DNA of 64,000 bases, taken from contig CM121341.1 in assembly GCA_051530055.1 (NCBI GenBank), positions 12,440,784 through 12,504,783 on the forward strand, given 5' to 3'. Source of the DNA: Neoechinorhynchus agilis. Its lineage: Eukaryota > Animalia > Acanthocephala. The position numbers and the translations under genes were made by a program. The notes beneath the pieces were generated by a model that saw nothing but the letters and a program-made list of their open reading frames with translations, had not been told where the DNA came from and made no database searches. The first letter of the stretch is position 1, and every line of letters starts with the position of its first letter. This document shows positions 36,014 to 47,303 of this stretch, piece by piece.

Positions 36014-37494
36014 TTGAATGTGTGGTTCGTAGCTCTCGCCGACGACTTGAGCGTCGAAATGAGCGAAACTGTCGCCGGAGGCAAGGTACGGACTGTTCAG
36101 GTGGCGCTGACAGCCGTGAGCCCCTTTGGCCCAGCTATTTCAGATAGAAGAGGACTACGAATCGGATCCTTGAATTGTAGGAGTCTGCGAGCGCAATGGC
36201 GTAGGGGAACCGTGACCAAATTGGCAAGGGACGCCAGAATGGATTTTGTGCTTTTACAAGAATTGCGCATAAGAGGCCAGTCAGACACATACGTAAATCA
36301 GGAGGATTTAGGAGGAGACTGGTCATTATGTTACCTATCTGCGGACAGTCGAGGAAATGGAGGTGTAGGCGTTTGCTTATCACCCCGCCTCCGAAACTTC
36401 GCACTATGCAGTACTATAACTGACCGAATCCTTCGTGTCAGCATAAAACTTCGGTCGAGAAATCTCTATGCTTTTGGCGTATATTCACCGACCTCCTCGT
36501 CGGATGAAGTGGCGGTTGAAGGATTTTATGGAAATCTAGCCGAAGCATTAGATGATGTACCGAACAGAGACGCCCTCCTAATAGCCGGTGACTTCAACGC
36601 GATTTTACCGCATTCCGAAAGATCGCTATATGTGTTAAAGGCGAGAATCGGAACAGCCCGTACTTGGTTGAGGCGCTGGAGCGGCATGATCTCGTGCCTG
36701 CTAACACTTTATTCCGGAAGCGTCCGTGGCGTTTTGCGACGTTTATGGGTCAAAAAAATCCGTCCAAACATGCCATGGGAAAAAATCCCAAGAGACACTT
36801 AGCTCAGCTTGACCATATATTGTTGAGACTTAAGGAAAAATGTCGGGTCAATAACGCTGACACATTCACAGTTGATGGGCTGCCAACCGACCACAAGTTG
36901 GTAATGTGTCAGTTGAGCATGAACGACTCGTTGTTCCGTACGCCTCAGCATCCTCCACGCCCGTTCTATGGCGCCCTCGCTAATGAGGAGAAGAGGAAAG
37001 AGGTCGATATCGAACTAGAGAATCAACTGAGCTCGATGCCAGCTGCTGAAACGGATATTGATTTTTATTACAAGTCAATCCGCGACGCAGTGACCGAAGC
37101 GGCCGAGAAAACCCTCCCAAAAATGATGCGTATAAAAGCTGCAAAGGTTATATGGCAGGAGGACTGTGAATTTATAGCAATGGCTGAGCAGATCAAAACT
37201 CTAAGAAAAAGAGGAAAACGATCTGAGACTCGCATTGCAAGTCTTGAACTTGCCAACCTCTATAATAAAAAGCAAGAGGCTTCGATAGAGGATGCAGTTC
37301 GCGGGATCGCATATAAGGAAGGTTTTGTTCGTACCTCCTTAGCATGGAGAGCGATAAACACTCTCACAGGAAGATCCCAAAGACAGCCAACTTTGATTGA
37401 AGGTCCCTCCCCGGAAATCAGAAAAAAGAGAATCGCAAATTATTTTGCGGAAATTCTCAATTCGCCATTATCGTATTTGGATTTATTTATCTAA
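36014..37494 (+). mobile_element. RTE-like LINE ORF2, AP endonuclease and linker, 3'-truncated before RT
   Basis: SLNCRSL, LLQELR, GNGGVG, ITDRIL, GVYSPT, IAGDFNA, LDHIL, TDHKLV. One frameshift ~36660; cut off at the X/Y junction of the duplicated unit. Confidence 0.85.
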
Positions 37495-37524
37495 CATCCT
37501 TCTAAAAATTGCGAAGCTTTAGAC

Positions 37525-38595
37525 CAGTGGTTCCAAAACTTTTTGTCCTTTTCAGGTGAAAACTTTGACAAGGCCTCCAGGTTGAAAATCCACTAAACGC
37601 ATAAATGAAAACTTTCATTTAAGACAAAATACAAATTTAATGACTTTTATTAACTTTATGGGATATTATAAGATTTTTTTATGTCCATATCAATTACCAG
37701 CAAACCCTAAATGCACACGAGCACCAATATCAGTCGGGTTCTTTTCTTTGTCCCTGAATCAATGATCCACCAGATAGGAAAAGGAGAAAGCAATTAACAA
37801 CTTCTGTACAATAGCGCATAATGCAGGATATTTAATTGGAATCCGTTATTGTACCCAGAATTTCTGGCGTCCTTGTTTAAACACTGGTTTCTGTTCCTCA
37901 TTTGTAGATATTTTGAAAAGCAGCTCTTGGATGAGTACGGATATATCTTTATTTAGGATCTGAGTATGTCACCCAACCAAAAGGTTTCAAACCCCAGTTT
38001 TTAATATCCAAGTCGTTCAGATCTGCATTAAGAGCCGTTAAGTGTTGAGAGTAAGCAAGTAAATCTTCATCTCTATTTCGAAATTTCGAAAGATTTGGAA
38101 ACTGAGAACATTCTCCTTTTGTTAAGTTTTCCTTGTACAGAAAAGGTTTTGCGAAAAACGAAGAAACTGCGCTTTCAGTTCTGATTAAATTTAATTGATT
38201 AACTCGATGTTTAAAATTAGTTTCGTTAAATTTTGCAAATAAATTGGTCACATAGGCCATGTAATTTTTTTGAATTAATTAAATTGTGTCGTAAATAATT
38301 GTATTTGTTTTCTAGGAATTCAACACTTATTTGTGAAATACAAACAAACAGAATTTTTGCCTAAGAGAGATGCTTATATTTTAATAAGGCCCTAAACATA
38401 TCTACCTACAAATTTATTTATTTTGAGTTGTAAATATTAATAAATATTGATCACAATTTTCTCATTTTATATTAAACATAGCACGGACCCTCTGATGTTG
38501 TCCAGGGACTACCAAATCAATTTTAATAATACAAGGAATCCGTGGCAATGCCAGCGAACCCTGGGGGTTCGTACGGACCACTTTGGGAACGACTG
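37525..38595 (-). mobile_element. hAT (Buster/Charlie-like) non-autonomous element, copy 2 (1.07 kb, uninterrupted)
   Basis: Same TIRs, TSD and flanks as copy 1. ORF 37949-38260 (AYVTNLFAKFNETN...SQFPNL...HLTALNADL) resembles the C-terminus of Buster/ZBED8/SCAND3-type transposases. Confidence 0.85.
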
Positions 38596-38611
38596 CATTA
38601 GACTAATTTAT

Positions 38612-40636
38612 TTACCTCAATCGTCTCATAAATCTGGCATCGCTTCGGTGGTCACGAATATGCAATCTACGCTTTTCCATCATTATATTATCAGCTTTTG
38701 AATGTTGCTCATCAGAAGTGCCCATTTTGGCAACTTTACAGTAGATGAACTTCTGACCAACTGGTTCCATTTCAGAAAACTCCGAGTTACTTGTCGATTT
38801 TTTTCGCTTTCTTGACATCTCCACCTCCTCGTTTACTTGCAAGGCCGGTCTTCCTGGCGGTAGCAAATCCTTGACACTCGTATCCGTTTGATTTCCTCTC
38901 TTTCGTTTTGTTCTTGATTCGACGTTTTCCATACGCTCAACAGAATTATTCGAAAGTTCATCTTCAGATCTATAGAGTTCTGGAATAAGCGAGTTTTCAG
39001 TTTCCTTCTTATCTGCAGAAGTGCCAGTTTTCATTCGCTTCACCGGTTGTGTATCTTCTTCGTCAATTTCCTCTGCTACTTTTCGAACTGTTCCCTTCTT
39101 CGTTTGGTTTTCACTTTCATTCGCTTCGCCTATAATCCCTGTCGATTCATTGAGCAGAATCTTATAAGCATCGAGGATGCGATTTGGCTTGGGATTTCTA
39201 ATATTAATTGGAATTCCGTATGAGGCCATCAGTGGTAAGAATGTATCCATGAGGAAAACCTTTACTCGCTTCAGAGCATCGCTACTCAGTTGATGTTGAC
39301 CCTGAAAATCCTGCACAACCCTGTACGCCATTATAAATATTCTTGCCTTAACTTCTGCGAACGATGCGAAACTGAATCTACAATAGAAAAGCTCTGAGAT
39401 ATCTTACCTTTGATCACACCCCGTTTAAATCTTGAAATGAATTCAATAATCAATGGCAAAATCTCATTGATTTCGCTGTAGCACAGATCATTCCGTACAT
39501 CGTCGTGGGTTATGTGCACTACAGAATCTTCTTCACTGGTGATTTCTATAATTTGCGGTTCCGCAGAAGTTGGCACCCTCGGTGATGTGGCTGCCGGTGG
39601 TTCATTATTAGTTGCTATTGTTTCAGTGCTTTTATTAGGGGATCGACGGGGTGATTGTCGCGCAAGGACGGGTTCCGGCCTACATGGGAAATGGATATAA
39701 GCCCACCGCACGACTAGGAGAAACTTACTTAAAATCAGTGTATTCGTGGACGTTTTCAACCTTTTCCTGGTGCTGATTATTAGACTGAAGTTGTCCGGGC
39801 ATATATTGAAATTGATTCGGCGAATTTACTGGGTTTTGTTGGTCAATTGGACGCTGGATGCAAAATGCTTCCTGAGGTTGAATAAGCAGTTGATTTGAAA
39901 GATTAATCACAGCTTCAGTCGTCGATTGATTTAAAGTTGCCGGTTGCTCGCGCTGGGTTTTGGCCATTGTAACGTTATTTTGTTGAGCAAAGTATGGATA
40001 AGGTAATATATTGTGTTCCGGTCTCGAATGCAAATTTGCGGCATGAAGATTTGTGTTGAATTGTTGATTGCTTCCTTCATGGGGATTATATTGATTTTGT
40101 TGTTGCTGAAGTGACAACTGACTCGCCAATTGGAATTGATGAACGTATGATGATTGATCTTGATTCCAAGCTGTATTTGGCTGATGAGTAACCTGTTGTT
40201 GTTGAAAATATTGTACTGGAAATGTCGCTGAAATTTGTGCACTTTGTTGTTGAAGTTGATTTGCTGTCAAAATCGACTGTTGATAATGTTGTCCTTGACA
40301 TAGTTGATATAGCTCATTCGGCCTCTGTCCAAATGATTGAAAATTAGATACGTTTGAATAAGGCAAATTTTGTAGTTGGCCGGGTTGTTGCTGTTGCCAG
40401 CCGTCTTGCTCCTGCTGCCTTTGATCCAATAATTGACAATTTGAAGGGAAATTAAGGACAGTCCCCGGTGTATATGAGTTATGCAATGTATATTGTCCGC
40501 CGTCATGGTTAGACTGTCCATTTGTTGAGACGTTTCCTCTTGTGGAATGATTGGTTTCTTGAAACATATTATGTCCCCAACCTTCCATTGGTTCCTCTAT
40601 TCGTGATTGTCCACCTATTTTCTCCATGCGTTTCAT
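38612..40636 (-). CDS. Gln/Asn-rich low-complexity protein with helical domain and NLS-rich tail (unknown family)
   Basis: Three ORFs join in frame via a 49-nt intron (GTAAGT...TGTAG) and a 53-nt intron (GTAAGA...TCGCAG). Q/N-rich N-half, S/T/P linker, helical core, KRKR and RKRKK motifs. Additional 5' exons (~40660-40860) are possible. Confidence 0.75.
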
Positions 40637-41485
40637 ATTTTAACTTTGTTCCGAACTTTAGTCTGCTTCTTCGCGTATTGTGGTTGCTGTTATTTCTTTA
40701 GAGATGTTATCTAAATGTTTACGGATTAATACCACCAAAACCTGCAAAAAATAAAGTTGATAAGCGAGCTTGTGCTCTGTCCATAAAAGAAATGACGGTT
40801 CATACTTTCTTCGTGTCTTACTCTTGTCATCTTTGAACGAGTTGAAAAGACCTGCTAACATTGACTAATATTGCGTTTATAAACGAACCTACTGTGATTC
40901 ATGTTGATTGCTCGTTTTAAAATGACTCCAATGTATGCGCTTTAACGCTTTTCTTTGATTATATAGCATCGAAAACGATAAGTCGGTTATGCGCCTTTTT
41001 ATGGAGGTCTGCGGGAGCGCCGTGGATTTACACATTTTGAGCTTGAACGAAGAAATGATTGTTAGCACGTAGATTTATAAGTCCGTAAATGTTCTGAAAT
41101 CTACCGAAATAGCTTTGCGATAGTATACTTAATTAATGTTATTTTAAAGGAAATGATGTTGATGCATCCAATAAAAAAATTTGGCCGTTTTACACCCATC
41201 AAAAAATACTGGTGCTTTTAAAATCAACTTCATTTAAAAATCATGCGGTTCATTACTTGATTTTTTCTGAATAAAATAGCTTAAGCGCTGAACGCATTAA
41301 GCATCTTATGCGGTTGTCATCTTTAAATATCTTACGGTCAATAGTTCTAATGTAGAATGTGAAAAGCAATAGCGAATAAGTCTATAAAAATATTGGGACG
41401 CGCCGTCTAAAAGCATCTTTTTTTCTATTGATTATAAAATTCTAAAATCATTGCCATCTACCTCAAAAACTAGCAGCGAGCGTAA

Positions 41486-41860
41486 CCTGCCGTTTATAGC
41501 GAATATTTACCGTGACAATTTCTTAGTCCGCCCGAAATGAAGGATATAATCGAAGTTAAATACGCACTATGGTATAAAAGGTGATTACAATTCAAATCTG
41601 GAATCCGTGCTACTTCCTGAGTTTGCCAATGTCATCATTTAAGTGATTATTTCAATTAAAACGACGTGTAGACGTTCACCGTGATGATTTTATTTTAATA
41701 ACTCGTTGTTTAGAATCAATACTTCTAGAATTAGTAACTTGTTTTTATGCGCATAAACCATTTAACAATAAAGTAAATCGCTCTCAGCAGATTTCCCAAC
41801 AAATAAATTTGAGAATTGTGCAAAGTCAACCTTTACATTTATTTATCGAGCAGTGGTTCC
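41486..41860. repeat. Segment X second copy, followed by a 10-bp hAT TIR stub CAGTGGTTCC
   Basis: Direct repeat of 22409-22750; CAGTGGTTCC at 41851-41860. Confidence 0.85.
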
Positions 41861-42059
41861 TGTCATAGATAATCGATAGCTCACAATAAGCGAGGGACAC
41901 CGTTGCTATTATTAATAAAAGTTGGTATCAATCATATCATCTGGTGACGAGGAACTACGTGAGGGATTGAGCACATTGAGGAAATCCTAATCAACTAACA
42001 GCAGCTAATGAGAATGTTGCTGGAAAATATAAATGGAAAAAGCGGATACCAGGATGAAG

Positions 42060-42245
42060 ATACCAGGGTATATGATTAAACTTTTTGTTTAAGTCTTCAC
42101 CCGGGTAATAATTTTTTAATTGAAAGCGTTTCAAACTTCGTCGGGTTCATCATAAGTTTTTTTGGTTTTTAAAAGACGTTCGAACCCGACGAGGTCGGAA
42201 ACGATTTTAATAAAAAAATCATTTACCGGGTGAACGCACAAACCA
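42060..42245. ncRNA. Back-to-back inverted pair of degenerate Penelope-type minimal hammerhead/pLTR motifs
   Basis: Minus strand ~42060-42160 reads CTTATGA-T-GAACC-CGACGA-AGTTT-GAAACG...AATTAAAAAATTATTACCCGGGTGAAGAC. Plus strand ~42170-42245 reads GAACC-CGACGA-GGTCG-GAAACG...AATAAAAAAATCATTTACCGGGTGAAC. Confidence 0.55.
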
Positions 42246-42327
42246 TGACCATTAAAGTTATTTGTGTACGAACATCACCATGGTAATTGTTGGTTGAAAG
42301 TAGGTTCGTAAACGTTAAGAATAAGTG

Positions 42328-43075
42328 ATGACGCCTAAGCCGATTCTCAAAGTCCTTCCTAGTGATTCTTTAATTATTAGAAGTAGGTTTTTGAGTTTTA
42401 TTTAGCATTTGTAATGATTTTGTGACTTTAAGAGTCATTAAGCAGTGGAGGAAAAGTGGGTGGCATCGTGTATTTGACCAATGAAAATGTTTCAGATATA
42501 GTATTTGAGATTAAGTGTAGTAAAAGAGATTTTCTTTGTGTTAAGCCGTCAAAAGGAATCCTTGGACCAGATAAAACAACCGCCGTGGAAGGTATTTCGA
42601 TGCTTTTAAATTGGAAATAGAATCTCGTTTAATTTTTTTAGTTTATTTCAAGAACCCAGATTATATTAAGGATAAGATTCCACTACTTTGTCTCTGCACA
42701 AAGTTCAAGACTAAAGAAAATACTGTGTGTTACGTTTATAATCTCAGACTATTATTTGCTCTTGTGTCATTGTAGAATCTCAATTCAAACTTTGAGCATA
42801 AGCACGTTATCGCCATAAAACGGGAGGAAGAGAAGCCACTTTGCGAACTTTTCCAAGAAAAGGACGAACTCAAACCCGAATCAGATTTAGAAGCAAAGAA
42901 GCATCCACAAAATGTACAGTCAAATCAAACAACAATGGGAAGCAAAGAAATTTCTCAAAAGGTTGTTAATGAATTGCCGTATGAAAAGAAGGTGTCGATG
43001 TCAGCAATTTGTTTCGGAGTGTCCATTGCTATGGGCATTTTCACAAGTGTAATCAGATTATTATTTGGATTTTGA
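42328..43075 (+). CDS. MSP-domain, C-terminally anchored protein (VAP/MOSPD-like); absent from the ORF track
   Basis: Four exons, three ~50-nt GT-AG introns: MTPKPILKVLPSDSLIIR / ...YLTNENVSDIVFEIKCSKRDFLCVKPSKGILGPDKTTAVE / VYFKNPDY... / charged linker and a terminal TM SAICFGVSIAMGIFTSVIRLLFGF*. Confidence 0.75.
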
Positions 43076-43421
43076 TTATTGTCGTTTAATTAAAAACTTA
43101 AACATCTTTCATTTTTGCAAGTGTTTCGTACTTATGAAATTGAGGCAGCGAGTTGGATAAAATTTCAGAAAAATAATTGGTCTAAAGACGACAAATTTAT
43201 AACATATAAGAGTGAAGGATTCTATATAATTTTTAATAACGAAGAAATTGTTAATTTGTTTTGCGGAGTGTAAATAAGTATCGAGAGAAGTGAGGATGCC
43301 TGTAAACGAAATAAAAAGCCGGGCAATAATTTTGATATTCACGTTAAAAATTAACATTGTCGAACGATTTTTCGATTTTATTACACTTGAAAGCTTAAAT
43401 TTTTAAAGAATGTTCGCTCCT

Positions 43422-45100
43422 TTAACGCTGTAGCATATCATAATTTCCAGAGCAGTTGCTATATCTTAATCTAAGACCACGCAAAGTAGATTTAACGTTC
43501 TCAACATTATAAGATTTCACTAAGGCATCATGCCTTAAAAGGTATATATCACTAAGGTCGGTTTCAGCCGATATTTTTTCCCCACGTGGTTCAGATCCGC
43601 TATCTTCTTGATTATAACTACCAATCAATTGTCCCAATGAAGTGGCATTCAACGTCACCAATATGAACGTGATGTTCGATGGTGTGCATTGACTGAGCTT
43701 GAGTGGAAGGTGAAAGGTCATTTGATTTTGGTACGATTGAGAACTCGATTCAAAATGTTTGTACAGCCATTCCATTGGAAACCAAGCTCGACCAATCGAT
43801 CTACTGAGCTTCGTTCTCGAAACCATCATATCCTTTACCTCAAAATCGATTGTTTCTCCTTTCTGCATCTTTATCAAGAATATCTACTTAAGCAAACGGC
43901 GATGAACGTGAAATTCGAATCCACGGATTACTTAGTGGAAATCGATAATTAAGAATACAAAACATTTAACTCCATGGAAGCGTCAAATTAGTATTATTAT
44001 TAAATTATTAAAACTCATGCCTCATACAACAATTAGTATTGTCTAGCAGCAACATAATCGAAATTGAGCTAAAAAATGTATATAAATCCGTATAGTAAGC
44101 AGTTTTTATATTACAAAACATGATCGGAGATTACGGCTTACAATCGTCAATACGCTTGTCAGGTCACAAAAAAATTCAGTGCAAATTTTGCCAACTTTAA
44201 CGTATGCAATAATAAATACCAATCTTAAATTACGGACGTTCCACTATGTAACCTTCCTCAATTGCTACTTTCTCAATTCCATTACCTGATCTCTCCAAAT
44301 TGCATTACAACAAGAATGCTTTAACGTTGTGTAGCACATTGGGCGATCTCCACTGGTCATCAAATTTGCTCGCACCTTTACGTATGGATCCGGTGCTAGT
44401 AGCCCCAAACGTTTTGGAAGATTATGAACTTCAAGTTCTATACAAATTTGCGTTTCGTTAAGACAAATTTAAACACCTACCTGTAATCTCAATCAATAAT
44501 GAATGAATCTTAATCGAAGGTTCACTAATACGGCGTACGTTTCCATCAAGGGTTATCAATTTGATGGCACCAGATAAGGCTAAGATCTTTTGTTCAACTG
44601 AGATGATAGCTGCTCTCAGTCGGATAAGATCTATGGTACATTGTCTTACAAGCAAGAGAGCGTCTGTTTTGCAGTAAACCTGTCCAATCGATACATCTAA
44701 TGAAAGGTACCTCCAATATACTTCCTTTCCCGCCTCGAACTCGCCTAAGTATTTTTAGAACACCCTGAGCGTATCCCATGTCCCCTTACTTTCCCGATAA
44801 ATCGCAAGGATATGTTTCTTTGAGCCGAATTTATGCCTACCTTGCAACTGCCACGATACGCATAAATCTACGAATCCTTCTAATAAAGATTCAATCCGAA
44901 GAATCTGATTCAGCTTTAAACAAATGTGCGGAGTCGTTTGTTCCAATTTCATTTCAGACTGAGTGTGCTTTTAGTCGCAAACGCTGGTCCAACGGCGGCT
45001 GCAGTCGCTTTCGTGAATCGCTTCATCTTTGATTTGACCTTCACAGTTTGAAACTTGACAGTCGTCTCTTCAATTTGAATGTAAGTCTGGGCAGAGCTAC
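43422..45100 (-). CDS. Multi-exon C2-domain protein (5' end uncertain)
   Basis: One exon reads ELEVHNLP...PDPYVKVRANL...YTTLKHSCCNAIWRDQ (C2 motif); last exon has IGRAWFPMEWL. Exons are joined by short introns including a 31-nt GT-AG at 44680-44710. Confidence 0.6.
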
Positions 45101-45431
45101 AAAGACATTAGACAACTACTGTCTGCTTCTGCGATCCTTTTTGTTTCTCGAAATGGGTGAACACAACCTAGTTAACAATCTCAACAATTTGAAACCGTGG
45201 AAGCCTGCGCAGTGTCTATATATTTACATGCTCTTCACTTTTCGTTGCTGCTATCGACTCTTCACACCGTCTCTTACTTGGAATCGAGACCGTACTTTAT
45301 AACAGACAAATGATGTGGTCCACGAAGAAGATTGCTCAACAATCAGGTATGATCCTCGGCTTATGTCTTTTATAATACTTAACGACTCGATTTTCCGCTA
45401 AAGAATAACTGAAAGTTTTTCAAAATAGAGA

Positions 45432-45441
45432 TATATAAAAG
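45432..45441 (+). promoter_or_regulatory. Candidate TATA box upstream of the microprotein cluster
   Basis: TATATAAAAG followed ~40 nt later by a GTAAGG donor at 45473. Confidence 0.35.
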
Positions 45442-46004
45442 AAGCAGTTGTCATAGGTCAAGAACTTCAAACGTAAGGTGAACTCCAAAAAGATTTTTAC
45501 CTAAGGACTTTGACCTTTAACACTTCATGTCAAGAAAATCAGGTAACTAACTACATTTTTGCGAGCGTTTGTGGCCTTTCTAAGCTATTTCAAATGTGTC
45601 CCTTTAATTCTGTGCTCTGCCATACACCCCGGAAACTCATTTTCACCCTGATTTCCACCTCAATTGTTCGTGATTTTAGCCACACACATATTCAAAGCCT
45701 CTAGCCGTAGACTAATGAGCTCAAATGCAGGGTAGTTACTGAAACGTGGGTAGTACGAGTCATTCTATCCCCGTGCTGAACTCATACTCAAATGTGCTCA
45801 CACTTCTTGCATTTCTAGTTTCAAGTAAGGAGCTGTGTGCATTGAGCATCAACACCCAAAAATATTCGTCAAACCCTCTTACTAACTTGCACTTTTACTT
45901 GTTCACTTTGCAAACGCGAAATTCTTTACTCAAGTTTTAAAAGGTTTGTTTCCGTCGATCTAATCCGGCTAAATTACGCCCCCGATATTGTTCTTTAGAT
46001 TAAA

Positions 46005-46292
46005 ATGTCATTCGGTGGACTTGGAGCCTACAGCCCTTTTGGAATGGGCGGTCAAAATTTTAGCTGCACAATGGCGCCTGCTCTTGTAAGCGGAATGGAC
46101 GGTGGATTTTCAGGCGGTGGAATGTTTCCTCCGATGATGGGTGGTGGAATGTTTCCACCGATGATGGGTGGTGGAATGGGCCAAACGTGCTGCGTATGTT
46201 CACCATCGTCTGGAGGGCATGGCGGAATGATGAATCCTTGTTGCAGCCCATCAATGCCCTGCGGTGGACTAAGCTCATACGGTTCTATGTGA
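46005..46292 (+). CDS. Gly/Met/Pro/Cys-rich protein (cluster gene 1; possibly exon 1 of the next ORF)
   Basis: 95-aa ORF with GGGMFPPMM repeats and CC pairs; TTCTTTAG acceptor 6 nt before the ATG. A 28-nt GT-AG intron (46289-46316) would fuse it in frame to 46336. Confidence 0.75.
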   Translation: MSFGGLGAYSPFGMGGQNFSCTMAPALVSGMDGGFSGGGMFPPMMGGGMFPPMMGGGMGQTCCVCSPSSGGHGGMMNPCCSPSMPCGGLSSYGSM

Positions 46293-46335
46293 TTTTCAAT
46301 CTATATCACTTAATAGGAATGAAAATCGCACTCTT

Positions 46336-47139
46336 ATGCCGATGCAATGCCCTCCGATGATGGGCGGCGGATCGATGATGCCAATGCAATGCCCTCCGAT
46401 GATGGGCGGCGGATCGATGATGCCAATGCAATGCCCTCCGATGATGGGTGGCGGATCGATGATGCCGATGCAATACCCTCCGATGATGGGCTACGGATCG
46501 ATGATGCCAAGCCTTCCTATGATGGGTGGCGGATCGATGATGGGCGGCGGATCGATGATGCCAAGCCTTCCGATGATGGGCGGCGGATCGATGATGCCAA
46601 GCCTTCCAATGATGGGTGGCGGATCGATGATGCCAAGCCTTCCAATGATGGGCGGTGGATCGATGATGGGCGGGGGATCAATGATGCCAAGTCAGGTTAT
46701 GCCAATTGCCATCACTCCACCAACGTTAGTTTCCGGACCGTCCATACAACAACCAGTAAGCATGCCCATGCAACAAGTGAGTATGCCAATGCAACAGCCC
46801 GTTCAACAAGTGAGCATGCCCATGCCACAACCTGTTCAACAAGTGAGTATGCCTGTCCAGAATTTTTCTCCTCAGCCAATGCCAATGCCAATACCAACTG
46901 GTCCGCCTAAATACGTTGATGATGATCTGGAGTATCTTTTGATTCAACGCTCAAGCGGTGGTGGATATTCAGGTGGACGAAGGAAGTTATTATATTGTGT
47001 TGAAGGCGATGGACAGACGTCGTACTCAAGACCGCGTCCATCATACCTACCATCCATGGCACTGCCACCGCCGCCACGGCCACCGATGCAACACCATGGA
47101 GATGATGGTGGACAGTTATTTTACTGTGTTCCGCGTTGA
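46336..47139 (+). CDS. Met/Pro/Gly-rich tandem-repeat protein (cluster gene 2)
   Basis: 267-aa ORF with repeats MPMQCPPMMGGGSM, MPSLPMMGGGSM and PMQQV whose nucleotide variation is mostly synonymous; C-terminal L[LF]YCV motif twice. Confidence 0.85.
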   Translation: MPMQCPPMMGGGSMMPMQCPPMMGGGSMMPMQCPPMMGGGSMMPMQYPPMMGYGSMMPSLPMMGGGSMMGGGSMMPSLPMMGGGSMMPSLPMMGGGSMMPSLPMMGGGSMMGGGSMMPSQVMPIAITPPTLVSGPSIQQPVSMPMQQVSMPMQQPVQQVSMPMPQPVQQVSMPVQNFSPQPMPMPIPTGPPKYVDDDLEYLLIQRSSGGGYSGGRRKLLYCVEGDGQTSYSRPRPSYLPSMALPPPPRPPMQHHGDDGGQLFYCVPR

Positions 47140-47303
47140 AGTACTTCAGCAGCAGCAGAGGACGTACTATAAGATTTAAAATCGCCAATTTTGTCTTCGC
47201 TTTTTTTATTCGAAAATGAATTATTTCTAAGAGAATTCTCGTTCGCGTAGGACAATTATCTTCTTACCGCTATCTTCTTATTTTCAGATAGTAAAACAAT
47301 CTG

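Noticed and set aside
39331-39334. TAATG stop-start overlap suggesting coupled translation (also at 29038)
   Set aside because: A 53-nt GT-AG intron ending TTCGCAG joins the two ORFs in frame, a simpler explanation.
46347-46910. 187-aa PSDDGRRIDDA-repeat ORF
   Set aside because: Alternative frame of the Met/Pro/Gly repeat gene. Nucleotide variation between repeats is mostly synonymous in the 46336 frame and non-synonymous in this one.
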